Positions 30,501-44,400 are shown, counted from the first letter of the stretch. The stretch: DNA of 64,000 nucleotides from Balanoglossus misakiensis (GCA_040954595.2 CM082576.2:1557403-1621402), one strand, 5' to 3'. A program made the numbers and translations. The notes: a model not told the origin generated them from the letters alone.

Positions 30501-32698
30501 TTATTGTGAAAATCGGTGCGTGGGAAATATTCCTGTATTCCGTTGGTAGGCTATCTGCCTGCGACCACGCCCAGTTTTCGCTTCAAAACGCCAAATATTG
30601 ACTTCTATTGCACCCGAGAACTTTTGATATATTTCTCATGCACTGCAGGAGGTTCAATTCAAGATTGTGGGTGAGGTTTGCGGGAAGCAGTTTTATACCA
30701 TGTGTTGGAAATCGTTGAATATTTAAAATGATACCGATTCATTCCCAGTGGAGTCTATGTTCCTCTATTGCCGACTATCCTTACATATGTCATATAAGTA
30801 TTTGATGTCAATTGTCAAAATCTCTATCGGACTCCACAGTGATGTCGCAACTTACCTGCGATTGAAAGCCGGGTTGATGAGCGCCCTCCTTCTCGCCCAT
30901 CTGTCATGGCAACGTTCCGACACTAAACCACCACCCATGAATCTTTCGCCATATAAAGTGTGCAGCCGACCATACGGTCGTTTTCCTTTGGGACAGTTTA
31001 CCGTAACTATCAGATGCTGCCAGTCGAAAGAAAAGAAACAACATTTTGTTGGGATGAACACTCGTCTGTTCCAAATACATAAATGTATGAATATAAGATT
31101 AATGTAAATCTGAATGTTCGAACAGTAAAATCCACAAATCAGCTGTAGTACATTGATACTATTTATCTGTCTGTGGCGGCAATCGCTTTTAGCGTCTGGT
31201 ATGCCTGTATCTGTAGAAAACTATAATTAATATGGTTAAATTTAACTTTACTCATTTAAAACTGCTGTCGTTTTAGTGTCCATCTTTTGGGTAGCCCTTC
31301 TTATGTTGGGTGTTTCAGTACATACTGTCGTCGTTTATAAAGAAAGTTAGATTTAATACCTTCAGACATACAGCATCCAATACTATGATGAATGTAACGT
31401 GTGCCAAAGAAAATTTGAAAATGGGACCATATTCTCTTGCCCTGCGAGAAAGATAGCATTGACATTGTGACACTTACTGATTGGGAACATGGAATAAATT
31501 CTATTAACTGGCCCAGGATATGTCAAATATCAGTTGAAACTATATACATAAATTCAATTTTATCAAGCGAACACAAGATATTTTGCCCCAAATTATATGT
31601 AATACAAAATGTACTTTTTTTCGGTAGATAGAGGCTACAGGGATATGTCAATGGTTCATGTCTTTCAGTCAACATATGATGACAGCGATGCTTAATCTTG
31701 GCTCTGTTTCGCGATACGATCTAATGCGGTCACCAACATCAAAAATTACCCGACAACAGAACATGTCGTCTATGAAAAACGAGATAAAGTATATAAAAAT
31801 ACTCACCATTCAGTTATTAACATATGTAAAAACTTGCCATTTTCTAACCCTTTTCGTACCTCTTGCAAATTTCCCAAGAAGAAACTGGAAAAATAATATT
31901 TCATATATAAATTACCAACACAGGGTAGAAACTGAAATGCGTCATTGTAAATTATTGTATGCATTTATAACCAAACAGCTGCATGAGGCCGAAACCGTTG
32001 ACCGCTAGGTTCCGCTAGACGATCGTGAACTTGCTCGGCTCAAGTTACCATAGATAGTTCTTGTAAACATAGGAGGGTTTGAAATTCAAAGGAAGTAGGT
32101 TAAGGTTTGGTTCGTGCAATGGACCCGAGGCGAAGAGTGGAAGAAACGCACTGTCTTTACTGCAAATCCTTTATTTAGAGTGGTACATAACGCATATCGA
32201 TTTTTTTACTGATATGTAAAATCCATTTTCGGCTTCTATGGTCAGTACTCTTGTGTTGCACGAGTTCTTTATATTTTTCTTACACAAATCACTTATTCGT
32301 CCGGACAAATACGTATTACATGCTTGACGACCAACGCGTAACAAAACAATACTACTATTTGGAATAATTTGCAGATTTGTCGACATAAAATGTGTAAAAC
32401 TGTGAGATCTATTATCTAAATAGACGCATTGGCCTCGTGTGTAATGTCTGGCGAAAAAGCCAGAAGAATTTCATGGTCATTTGCCCCCATTTTATCACGG
32501 CCACTCCACAAACGAGGTAAACATGGCACACGTTTTACGTTTTCATATTTACCTGCTCGGTTTTGGTCCTGGTATATGCGCATACTTACGGCGAACGTAG
32601 GCGATGTAAACGGTATATGATAATACCCCAGTGACAGCTACAAATATTAAGATATCAACCAAGAAAACGACGAGAAAACACACTGTATCAGACAGCAT
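27577..32698 (-). CDS. Cytochrome P450, CYP46 (cholesterol 24-hydroxylase)-like
   Basis: N-terminal anchor followed by YAHIPGP. Also LYGERFMGGGLVS...W..RRALINPAF, TIDVIGK|VAFG, I-helix FVTFYIAG|QETTAN, K-helix KETLRMWP, the F.PDRF motif and heme motif PFSFGPRNCIGQHFA. Ends TLKPKDGCQNYITLREK*. The exons checked are in frame. Confidence 0.9.
30514..30645. mobile_element. Putative ~130-bp MITE in a CYP intron
   Basis: cggtgcgtgggaaatat (30514-30530) and atatttctcatgcactg (30629-30645) form an inverted pair with 14/17 matches. Confidence 0.4.
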
Positions 32699-33624
32699 CG
32701 TGAGACGTGATTTGCGTAAAGGTTATATATCCCAAAGAATAAAGCGTGACCTTAAATGTAGTAGCATGGCGGTCTCAGCTCGAATTCACAATGTGTAAAC
32801 ACTTTTTACAGACCATCCCGTTATTGTGTCCTAGAATTCCAATTTATTTTCGCTATATATTGAAGGGTACCATCATTATTTACGAGCTTGTGTCGAAACA
32901 AATCAGGGGGCGGTCATTCAAAATTCCCATTAGGGGTTACTCATCATCATGGTTGGGAAATGTCGGTTAGTACGGGAGCGGTTAGTCGCAGGAATTGTCC
33001 TTGTTTGTAAAATGCGACTTTCCTCGAGTATCTACGGTCAATTTTGATACGTAAATGTAGTACTTGAAAACCCGAGTTCTTGAATAGACAATGGAACTTT
33101 CAGCGAATAAGACTCTAACAACAACAAAACATATACGTCAATTATTTCAATCTCCATAGACAGATAGACGCACGTTTATATATTCCCATATAAAACAGAA
33201 TAGTTCTTATTGTATATGCATTTGTATTTACAACAAATAATAAGCCGAATAAATAGTTCAGACATACTTTACAAATTTACAATCTAAATGGTAATTGTGC
33301 GCTTATTGGCACAACATCACAGAAATAATGCAAGTCGTTATAGTAGACCTGCTTGTCTATGTATTGATACACTGCAACTATAGACACCCCACCTACCCCA
33401 AATGACGGTTTGTGAAGAAATGAAATAGTTTGTACAGATAGCGTAGTTTTATCAGACGCAGTCCTCGGAAACACTCTCCATCAGATCAAAACTTGTAACA
33501 GAATTGGTTTCTGGTGGTGAGAACTGCCTAAATATAACTTTCTGGTTTTCATTTTCTTCTGTTTCGCAATCAGTCGATAAAATAGCAATCATTCCAAACA
33601 TAACTTGGAAAACTTGACTACATA

Positions 33625-35496
33625 TTAAACTCGGCTGTCATTTGGTCCTTTATTGCTCCCAGAAACGTCATCATTCGTCACACCTTCGTTACTTTGTGGT
33701 CCTCCATTTGTTTTCTGATACGAATCTGGGAGAAGAAAATGGGGAGAAAATCTCTAAAACAATCGCAATTTCAAATTGATTTTACTTGCAGATATTGTTT
33801 GAATCGTATTATTGGATCACATAGTTTTTGTGCGACACAACATTGTTCTATAGTTTCCACAACCCTCAGTTAGTACATCTACATGGGCTTATTTTATTGT
33901 GAAAATAAAATAATAAAAATAATACCAAACGTTGCAGCTCGTGTGCCTTTAATACGTACCAGAGACAAACTAAGTTTATGCATATTTTAATCAATCGGGG
34001 TGGGGGGGGGGGTATGAACTTTCTGTCAAATTTCAATTAAAATCACATCCATAGAATTGATGTGGTGATAATGTGATCCGATTTTAACATTAAAATATAT
34101 GGTAAAAATATATTGTAATGTCAAAAATTGCGTTGACTTTATGATGGTAACTTTATCGTACCGTCAGTCTGATTCAGGTCTTTGTCTTGCTTCTCCGGCC
34201 CGAGGTCATTGGGGTCGGTCCTTGGATAGATTCTGCGAGAGAACCACCTGGACGTGTAACAAAATGATCAGTATTTGAATTCGATTTATATTCACAAGCA
34301 AAGGTAAATATTTGTTCCACTCGTAGTACTGAGAACAATGGAAGGAAAATTGTTGTAGCTTTTGTTACTAATAACGTCAACCCTCGATTAGAAATCTGTC
34401 AAAAAAACAATTCCCCACAAAATATTGTCCAACTTACTTTCTAAAATGAATTATTTTCTTCTTCTCCAATATAACGAGGATGATTATAACAATGATTGGT
34501 ATTAACAACAGCAACAGTAAAAGCAAGTAGAGATTTGGTGACGCTGCTGTGAGTATAGAAATTAGAATAAATGTCCATGTTAGATCATCATTGGCTTCCA
34601 ACGCCTGTTTAAAAATGCAACTAAAGTCCTTAATAAGCATTATAAAACTTGTAGAAGATATGGTGATATATAACTCAATAAGGTCTCCGGTGGAAGATTA
34701 CTACTTTCCAGCCCAAGACTGAAATACATGATAAAAGAATGTTTTTCTTTTTCCTATTTCCAACATTCCGACTATCAACACCCTCCTTTGATGTTACGCT
34801 GCGTAGTGGGGAAAGTTGTGCCCCTAAAGACGTGTTATATCGTAACCCACTAAATGTATTACAGTCTTTAGGTTTGTGTTCTGTCTGGAGTTACCAGCGA
34901 TCACACGCCCAGCAGAGTTTTATTGTCGCGTGTCCATAGCAATACAACATACTAAAACTATTTGTTGGAGTAAATTAACCTGTTGAGGCCAATAACACTG
35001 TCGGAATTGTGTAAACAAGAATATATTTTATGTTTTTATGACACAACAGAACGGGTGAGAACGGCGCTATGATTCATGAAGACAAGACTAATGTCTAATG
35101 CGAAAAAAACTTTAAAACTAATCGACTGGAAATGAAGATGTACCACTGTACTTCTGCCGCGATGTACTTGACTGTAGTGAGATACTCACTTGAAATGCTA
35201 GGCGGAACTGGAAGAGTAAATTCGGGTAAAGACGAGCAGTTTTTACATAACAGTGTCACATCAACGTTCCGGAGTAAACCCGTTGTGCTGCAGTACGACA
35301 TGGCGACCCTAGGTAAATAGTAAAGAACATTAAAATGCTGATATTGACGAGATATTGACATACAAACTCAAACAATTGAAAGATTTTTGATTGTCGCATA
35401 CCATAGCTGATTAGTGTAAAAGTTAACTTTTTACTTCCTCGTTGTCCCTGTTTGTCTCTGTATAAGGACATCAAACGAATGATGCGTCTCACACAT
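33625..35496 (-). CDS. Uncharacterised small single-pass membrane protein (5' end uncertain)
   Basis: Candidate exons at about 35496-35435, 35308-35190, 34547-34438, 34247-34162 and 33726-33625 splice in consistent phases. They give ...LLCKNCSSLPEFTLPVPPSIS-TASPNLYLLLLLLLLIPIIVIIILVILEKKKIIHFRKWFSRRIYP...NDSRV*, a clear TM helix followed by a basic stop-transfer. No recognisable family. Confidence 0.45.
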
Positions 35497-37049
35497 AGTA
35501 ACTTCCAGGACAACATTTACTCATACCACTAAATTGGAAGTACAAACCAAGACTCCCAATAATTTTCACAATTATTATTGTTCAGATCGCAGACTTACCT
35601 GATGTTTTGCCGTTTGACTATTAGTTTGTTGTCCCGTAGTCAGTATATTATGACTTAGTAACTTATTTTGACATTCAGATCCTGTTTATGCTTTGACACA
35701 CATACAGTAACAGGTTACCATGCGACTAAGCAATTCAGGCCTCGACAGTTATCACGGGCAAACTTCGTTCAGCTGTGCCGGAAAAGTTTGAAACTTCGGA
35801 CAGTAGATCCTGTCATATCCCCAAAAGAACAATGACGAAAGACTTTTCTATTGTAATCGATTTTTCACTCTGAACTTCCGTGACGTGTAGTAATCGGGTC
35901 ACCAAACGGCTTTATTATTTTACTGTTGGTCGGATACTGAACAAATGACAATGAACATTTCCCCTCGAGCAAGTATTTGGTATTTCCCATTCTTTCTGAA
36001 ATTAGTACGAGTGTAGACTCAAATATCAAATCATAAACCTGCATTGTTTTAATTCAAGACTTGTTATACCTTCTACAACACTGGCTTGAGTCGTTACAAT
36101 TGCAATGCAGTTATTATAGTCGGTATCAGAATTATTAGCGTCTAAATCATTGTGTTCTGTGCGGAGAGGCAACAATGAAGTGGACGAAAGATATATGACT
36201 TGTAAAATCAACAATACAAACAGTCAGCGAATAACACCGGGTACTGGCGTTATTTAACTATGCGTTGTGAATATGTAATAGGGCTACAACTTGATTTCAA
36301 GTACATGTATACTAGTATTAGATTTCAGTCAAGGCTACCTATTACCTCAAGCTGGTTGTGACAGGTATGGCTTGTTTTGTTTACCTCCTTCTACATGACT
36401 ATTGTTGGCAGGTAACCAAAAATAGCTTTGTGATCATAGAAAATACATGTGTATTTCAATCGTGGCATATATCTTATTCATATGAAGACTTTGGTCCACG
36501 TCACTTGTATCGTATAGCTCAAGGCCAGTCGGACTCAGAAACCGCATACCTTATATCTCCCAAATCATATTTGTTTACCATACTTTAGTTCACGTTCTTG
36601 AGTTTTGGCCCTTCAAAATTTTAATCAATGCTTTTAAGTCCAGGTCAGGTGACTGGGCCAATTGTAATTATTGTCTTCGTTCTCCTTCAAGTAATATTTA
36701 CACTACAGCATATAGCAACAACTACTTGGGGGAGTATTTCACTTACGTTTATTTCGAAATTTAGAAATCAGACAAAATCACAGAAAAACACACGTATTTT
36801 CTTTTATTCTGGTCATTTATACATCCATAAGTATGACACCAATAAATCAAACTCCTGACAACAGCTTGAGGAAAAACAGTCTAATAAAGAATCCCAAGAA
36901 ATCTCCCTCCCCTCTGTTGAAAGTAAGCCACAAGTGCAGGGCGCCACCTGTGTTGTAAAACTGCCATTCGCTAAATAAATTTCCGTTGATGACATGAAAT
37001 GCTGATATGGTCTTGTCCCCCGAAATACAACTGTAACCGAAGACAGGTC

Positions 37050-37129
37050 AAGTATTTGTGTCAAATAATCAGATATAACACCACACCTAAGTGTTTTCTA
37101 GCTATATCGTCATGGATACACAAACACTT
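37050..37129 (-). promoter_or_regulatory. SECIS element (type II) in the SELENON 3' UTR
   Basis: Minus strand reads aagtgtttgtgt-atcc-ATGAC-gatatagc-tag-AAA-acac-ttag-gtgt-ggt-gttatatc-TGAT-tatttg-acacaaatactt. It has helix I, the UGA/GA quartet, helix II, apical adenosines 12 nt after UGA and a type II mini-stem. Confidence 0.9.
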
Positions 37130-37836
37130 ATAAAATGAATCAACTAGAAACAACTTTTCACAGAGAACAACAACAAAGGAGAATTTACATGTCAAAACTG
37201 CACAAACTCATTCAAAAGTAATAATAAAATTGAATTAGACAATTTGCGATAATTTAGTTAAATTTAGTTGTATTTACACCTATTGTTTATACATTGTAAC
37301 AATGAGTTGTAAACAAGGAAATCTAAATAACCCAATACAAATATTAATACCGGTAATATTGTTTTTAAACTTCTATGCCTTTAAGAAAAACTATCTTATA
37401 AAATGCTTGCAATAACAAGGTCTTTTGACATATGTATAATTAAAATAGAACATTATTAATCTCAAACAGTTTTCCTATTAGTTTTTGCTTTGACCTTTGA
37501 CCTAAGGAGATTTATAATGGCAATTGTAGACATCGGAAAAATGAATTGATGATGAATAGGAAAGTGTTCATTGAATAAATTGTCACATTACAGAGTTATG
37601 CAGTTTTACACATTCACAACTGCATTAAAAATATATCTTATCAATTTCATAAAAAAATTCATGATATGGTGGTGGTGTATTTGACATGGAAACATTCCTT
37701 GTGTAAATATTTCTGAAGAAACAAAGGCAACATTTTGTGTGTTTTAGCTCTGACAATGATTGTCTTCACGGTCAATGATTGGCTGCAACATAGTCTACCA
37801 TTGGTTGCAACAGTCTACCCTTGTCTGTAACACAGT

Positions 37837-40800
37837 CTATGATTGGTGGGACTCTTTGGCTTTGTCTATACCACTCTGTAGGAATTGTAAGTATACCCCT
37901 TCAAGTGGATCTGAGAATGATCTGAAAGCAAAGTGAAATTATACTTTAATATTTTTTACATTCCGACATAAATTTGCTCTCTGGATATAAACTTGTTCTT
38001 CAATAAATCTTATGTCCATCTAATAATTGCACTTGTATCCCCCATGCCAGCATCACCAGTGAGTGATCTTATTCAAAAATTCCACAAAGAATGCGGTCAA
38101 GACAAAAAGTTGTTAAACTTGAAACACTTACAGATTTGCACTGGCATCCAGAAGCACATTAGCATTTTCATGATTTACAACTGTACCATTGGGTAACAAT
38201 ACCATCATTTCTACTGGAAAACTGAAAAAGAAAAGAAATGGTATCTATACTTCTAACACTGACTCTTTTCTAAAAATAGAAGACATACTCCAAGGTGGGC
38301 AACGCAGCAGTCCCTTTTTATGATATTATATCATCTTATACTTACTTGTAACTATCTAAGACTCCTGATGCTATTTTTGCTGCTGTAGGATTACTTTCAT
38401 CAGCTTTGATGTCCTTCATTTCAGCAACAAGGGACCAAGAGCTGATAAAGTTCTCTTTCAGCAATCTCAAAATGGCCGGACTCTCGAGGGGACCCTCGCG
38501 CAGAGTCCGGCCTGAACCTACAAAAAAAAACATTTAATGTGAATATAAATTTATCAGAGTCTACACACTGCTTTGTACATACTTCAGTAAAAATTTTAAT
38601 AACATCAAACTGTTTCCTAAAAGTAACAAAGTATAAATCTACAGAGAAAAAATGAAAAACAAATAAAAACAACAAAACAAAAGGAGACCTTCCTACCTCA
38701 GCAAGACTGATCATCTAGCGCACCCCAGAGTAGAATAAGGTGAACTAGTTTATTTTCAACCTCAGCTTGCTTACAAGCTTCAATGAACGGCAAATATGGT
38801 ACCTGGAATTGAAAATACAGAAATCATAATGTGTTTGATTTGTCAAATTCAACATATTACATCATAATAAATTTCCGTTCATTTGCAGTACTGACCTGTT
38901 TAAAGGGGTACATTCTCTTCTCAAGGATTTCAAATGCCTTGTTGAAATCTATTTCTGTATTCCATTTGATGTCTGTCTCACTCACAGATGGTGGAATTTC
39001 AATTGGTTCTTCACTTTCTAGTATGTTGACCGTTTGTCCTGAGCTTGTTTTGATGGTGACTGGAATGGATGGGCCGGCAGATGTCAGTTCCATCTGAGGC
39101 AGGAATCCAATATCTACTTCCATATTTTCAGATTCTGATGGAGAGTTCAGCCATTCCATATCTGTACAGAATTGACAGAAATTATAAATAGAGTGTTCCA
39201 TGTAATGGCATTCAGACACCCAAACGAAAGACAATCTAAAGATGTTTTCACTTACCCACATTGAGACTTTTATTGGTAGGAACATAGAGATGAAATGATA
39301 TAATGTGTGATGCATCTCTGCGAATGATAAGTTCACCTGTAAACATTGCTGGTGAAAACCAAAATGGATGAAGAGGTGGTTCATTCAGTTGAAATTCAGC
39401 ATGTATCCTGGAAGAGAAGATGTAAACAGCTGATTATCTGACCATGTCTCTAAATCTTTGTCCAAAGAAAAATTAACATAAAAAACATCAATATAGCCAA
39501 TACACAATCAGGTCTCAAAGCCTTTGGTTGATTCATCAATGTCATCTAAGCTCTAGTGATCATTTTCAGTCCAACCTTCATTCTCTCCTGGGGCACATTC
39601 AGTCATTCAACATCTGTTGCCAAGTTTAATTAAATTATGAATAAAACTCTGTGGCAAAACAAGCACAACAATTGTTAATAAGACCACATTAAAAAAACCC
39701 AGCTTACCTGAATACTATATTTACATAATATTCATTTTCAGCTCTGATAAGTGCAATAGAGCCTTGGGGTCCAAATCTTGAGTGAACAAACGGACGTGGA
39801 TGGAACATATTCAACAAGCGATGAATCAGAATACCTTTGTTGCTAACTCTGGGTGGATAGTATCTGTTGCTGGAAAGTGTGCTGGTGAAAATATTCAAAT
39901 TGGAAGTGATGATGTCATAAGGTTGCCCAACAGCCAAGTCTACATCTGGTAGGAATGCCAGGAAAGAGTTGACACCAAATGGTGCTTGATCTATATTTGC
40001 TGCTTGCCAATTGCGAAGACCACTTACTGGAGAATCTGGTCTCTGAAAATGGAATATGGAAGAAAATGATTTTAATTCAAATTGAAATTCATTTTCAGTT
40101 CTGATTCAACATTTTCATTTAGAAACAGCAATAATGTTACATTAATGTGTATTTTTTACCAACATCTTCATATGTACTTGTTGAATGTTCTATTGTTAAT
40201 ACTAAAAAGGTGCAGGTGTAGACTGGGCATGAAGTTCTTACATTATAACTCCATTTATTCACTTCTATGGTCATTGTGTCAAGTTTAAGTGGCTGGAATT
40301 GAGATGACAGGAACAACACTTCATCAGATGGGTCAATTTCTTCATCATATGTACGTGATGTTATGTTCTGAAATGAATCAACGTGAAAAGAACATTCATG
40401 AGTTATTAAACAGATCTTTGGTACATAACAATACTTATAATTTAACTCTATTGATCTGGGAAAGAGGCACAAATTTCATTGATGCATCATTACCCGGATA
40501 CCACCCAGGGTGTTTCCGTCAGACTTAATTGAACAACCGCCTTTTTTACAGCTGAACAACAATAAACACGTAACCCAATAGGCTTTCCGCACGTACACCA
40601 CATTCCTGGGGTCGGAGGGTCACGAAGAAGTCACGTAAACCCATTGAACTGAAGAAAAAACTTAGACAAAAATTTGTTGCAACAAGTTGAATTTTAATAA
40701 AGATATCGCTGTTTAACGCGTAAATCAAAATAAATAGTCATAATACAAGATAACTGGCCGCTCGGCGTGAAAGTGTCTATAAAGTTTAACACACAGTCAG

Positions 40801-41207
40801 TGATATCTTTTTGACAATGACACCAAAATTGAACTCCAAAGTACTCAAGCTACAATGCCCTAACAACTGTCCCCCCCCCCCTTACTTACTTCTGTCCCGA
40901 GCAGTCTCTCTACCAGTGGCTCAAATTCTGCTAAACTTAGATAGCCATCGCCGTTCCGATCGTAGGCATTGAAAAATGCAACACCTTCTTCTCCAATACC
41001 ATGGCGAAGCATTTCATCGATCATTGTTTTTTGCGTCCAGAGATAGTACAAAGTACCACCACCATACACTGCAAGAACTCCGACCAAAACTGACATAAGC
41101 CAGTACAGGGAAACCATTTGACAGCTACATCGCGCCGCGGATTTCTCGGCTTGTGGACGAACAAGCTTTTCTGGAGAATCGGGCGGCTCTTTCTCCTTGT
41201 CTGCCAT
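37837..41207 (-). CDS. SELENON: Selenoprotein N (9 exons, in-frame UGA = Sec)
   Basis: N-terminal TM, EF-hand [58 protein letters not shown]...[14 protein letters not shown] and [21 protein letters not shown]. Stop TAG at 37837-37839. Confidence 0.96.
38474..38512 (-). promoter_or_regulatory. Selenocysteine redefinition element (SRE) hairpin in SELENON coding sequence
   Basis: GGCCGGACTCT-gcg-CGAGG-gtcc-CCTCG-AGAGTCCGGCC forms a perfect 11-bp stem plus a 5-bp stem. It starts 6 nt after UGA in the spliced mRNA. Confidence 0.85.
38698..38700 (-). other. SELENON: Selenocysteine codon (TGA) of SELENON
   Basis: GAT CAG TCT TGC TGA G|gtagg: an in-frame TGA in the conserved SCUG motif, 1 nt before a splice donor. 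Confidence 0.95.
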
Positions 41208-41487
41208 GATAACAGCAAGGGTTAGATCTTCACATCTCTTTCAAGGACCTCGTAAACGAAACTGATCAGGAAGTAAAAGTTTAGTTTATTACTGACCTGG
41301 GCGTGACCTTACGTTCAATGATCTAATTGGATGTTTGAATGAACATCGAAGAAAATGCCAGTCTGCGCATGTGCATAGTAAATCAGCTGGAAGCCTCAGG
41401 TCGATCTTGTTGTGGTTGGCAGGAGTAGGCGTGACCGGTCCTTCTGATTGGAAATTCTCAACCAGTTAAAGATGTAAATGTAACATT
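41208..41487. promoter_or_regulatory. Probable bidirectional promoter between SELENON and AP5M1
   Basis: Only 280 bp separate the divergent start codons. Contains an NRF1-like TGCGCATGTGCA (41364-41375), an ETS-like CAGGAAGT (~41267) and a reverse CCAAT box (~41445). Confidence 0.55.
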
Positions 41488-44400
41488 ATGAGCGTACGTG
41501 CTCTTTGGATTGTAAAGTCGACAGCAGGCGGTATCAAAGACACCAATATTTTGTTCACCAGGTACTGTTGTTGTGTATGCTTGATTGGAACATAGGTGTG
41601 TGATATACTGTACATGTCATATGATCAGACACCTTACTTTAAATGTACAGTCCTAAGATTCTTTAGGATCTGGAATAAAGTTGCAGAATCATTAATTATA
41701 CAAATACAGGAATATATGCATTATTATATCTTTATCACAGGACATATCCCACTGTTGAGAAGAGAGCCAAAGATTTCAGCTGTGATGGCAAATATGTAGG
41801 TTTACCAGAAGATAAAGAGTTTTGTCATGCAGTCAACACAGAGCTTGGGTGTAATGTACAAATTTCACAGGTATGAAAAAATGGACTATTAATTATTATA
41901 TGCTTGTAACATATGAAAATAGTTGTATGAAGAAAATAAATATTAATCGAATTTTCTGCAACAATTTGTTGCAGTTTGTGAAGTCAAGGGACACATGTCA
42001 GAAAATACGAAGTCAACAAAAACCAGTTTATGAATTAACCACAGCAGAAGGTAAATTATGGCCAGTTATAATTCTGGAACAGGTGAGTTTTGATATTTTG
42101 CTTATCAGTCATGTAGCTAATGTAACAAAAAGATTTTTCACAACAATATAAATGAGAACATGATCATTGTGTAAATTTAAAGCACATTTTAGATCACTAA
42201 TTTATAACTACATGTTTTCTTCAACAGCATGGATTATTATTTTGTTGTCTGCCATTACTTGAAACAGGGAATGGGGAGAGACCATCACTTATTTCAATGT
42301 AAGTTATAGAATCTGGATCTTCTATGTGTCTGTACAGAGATATATCAAGTCTCTTTTGATCAAAGTATTCTACCATTTTCCATCAATCTAAATTATAATC
42401 TTGAGCAAGGTGTTTGATGTTTACTGGAATGTCTGATAATTTGTCTTCAATTTTTTTTTATGGACTAGACCAGGGATATCAATTGGGTTTACCCTATTGC
42501 TAAGCATATCTGATTTGCTTGGTCCACTTCCACATGATGTTGATCAGGTAAAGTTGTATTTTCATTGTTCTCTATTGTACTAAATTCAGTTCAATGGTTA
42601 TCACATGAAAACAAAATGTGTATACAGTTCTCAACTCAAAATATGTTCTGTTACATGTATATTGCTAAATTATAAAAAGAAACGAGTTTTCATCAAAGTA
42701 ACATAACCAGTATGGGCAGTAATAAAACTTCATATCATTTACAAGATGGTACTTTTTCATCTCATGGCAGAATTCACCGAAATTCCAGGAATTAAATGAT
42801 TATTTATGTTATGCTGTACCGTTTGGAACGCCATTAGATCTTGATACAACCACAGTCAAAGGAGCTTTAATGAGTAAACCCCTGCAACACATACAGGCAC
42901 AAAAGGTAAAACAATTTCAGTTTCTGTACTGACCCTTTTTGCTTTGACTTTATCAATTGTGTATATTGCTTCATGATAAAAAAGAAATGGGTTTTCTCAG
43001 TAATATTTTCTTATGCCTCCTTTAAATATAAAAGTGCTGGTTGGATTTGGGTTCTTACAGCAACCAGCCTGGAAGCCAGTCTTGATGAAAGGAGGAAAAT
43101 CCAAATTGCATTTTGGTATAACTGAATATATCCGTGCTGTTTTGTATGGTAATCAGGCCATCAGTAATGTATGGAATGTCTATGGCAATGTTACATGCAA
43201 GGTAAGACATTAGAAGCAAGCCTCATTTTTTCTCTTTTCTTTCAAATATTCCCCACTACTTTGTCAACAGAGTTCATGCGTATCAATATAGCCTTTACTT
43301 GTCAGTTTTCTGCTTGTGTACACTAGGCAGAATTAGAAGGTGTACCAGATGTGACAGTTAATTTATCAGTGGCTGCCAATCACCCACAACTGGACAATCT
43401 CATCGTGCATCCATGTGTTAATACGGCAGATACGCAACCAAATACAGGTAGGAATCTTTCCAAACCATTATAAGGCCATATACATGTACAAGGCAACATC
43501 TGAGGTGTGTACATAAAGACATAAACAGTGTGTACATGTGTATTGTTCAGAAGATTTGTAATCATTTGATGAAATTCAAGCCATAATCTGACATATCGTG
43601 TATGTGTACACTGACAGACGTCAACTGAGTGGTTCATACATTGGAGGAAAAGCAACATAAGCCATTTTTAATTGGTCTATCTACAGGTGGCATTCCAGTA
43701 TCTGGGGGATCACCTGGTCCAAGAAGATTACGGTTTTCACCACCACTCGAAAACTTTACTCTGTGTCACTACACATCATCACTTGTATCCAAATTACCCA
43801 TTCAAGGATTCTATCAAATGAGGGGTGACAAGCAATCTGTGAAGATACTTGTACAACTCAAATTGATGGAAAATATCAAGAACCAGTTTGATTACTGTGA
43901 ATTACAAATTCCATTTCACAATAGGTAAGGAGACAGGGAACTTTCACAAGTTGGCTTTTGGCCTGAGATGCAAATAAATGTCAAGTAGTAAGAATCTATA
44001 CAGGTATGTTTATCAAATATGTAACTTTTCTTTTACAGGGGCAACATTATTAACTTTGAATCAAGTGTTACAATTGGTACAGTGTATGTAGGACCAAAGC
44101 AACATCGGCTTGTCTGGAACATTGGACAAAGGTTCCCTGGTAGGAATCAGGAAGTTGAGCTCAATGCGACAGTCACCTTCAAAGACTACAATCCTTCTGA
44201 CAAGATTGGTGTTTATGAAGATCCATTTTGTGTCGGATTGAATTCATATGCGAGGGTAGGTCTGAATGAGATGGGTTAATTCAAAACATTTGAGACTTTA
44301 ATTGTTATTGACTATAAAGTCAATCAATCAATCTAGTGGATATGCAGTGTATCATGACAGTGTCATGCATATATCATGGACTGTTATGAGACTGTTGTGT

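Noticed and set aside
36455-36510. Second SECIS-like string on the minus strand (GTGAC-gtgg...ccac-GAT)
   Set aside because: Helix II has only about 4 pairs and the AAA is 8 nt from UGA, which is too close. It also lies beyond the likely poly(A) signal.
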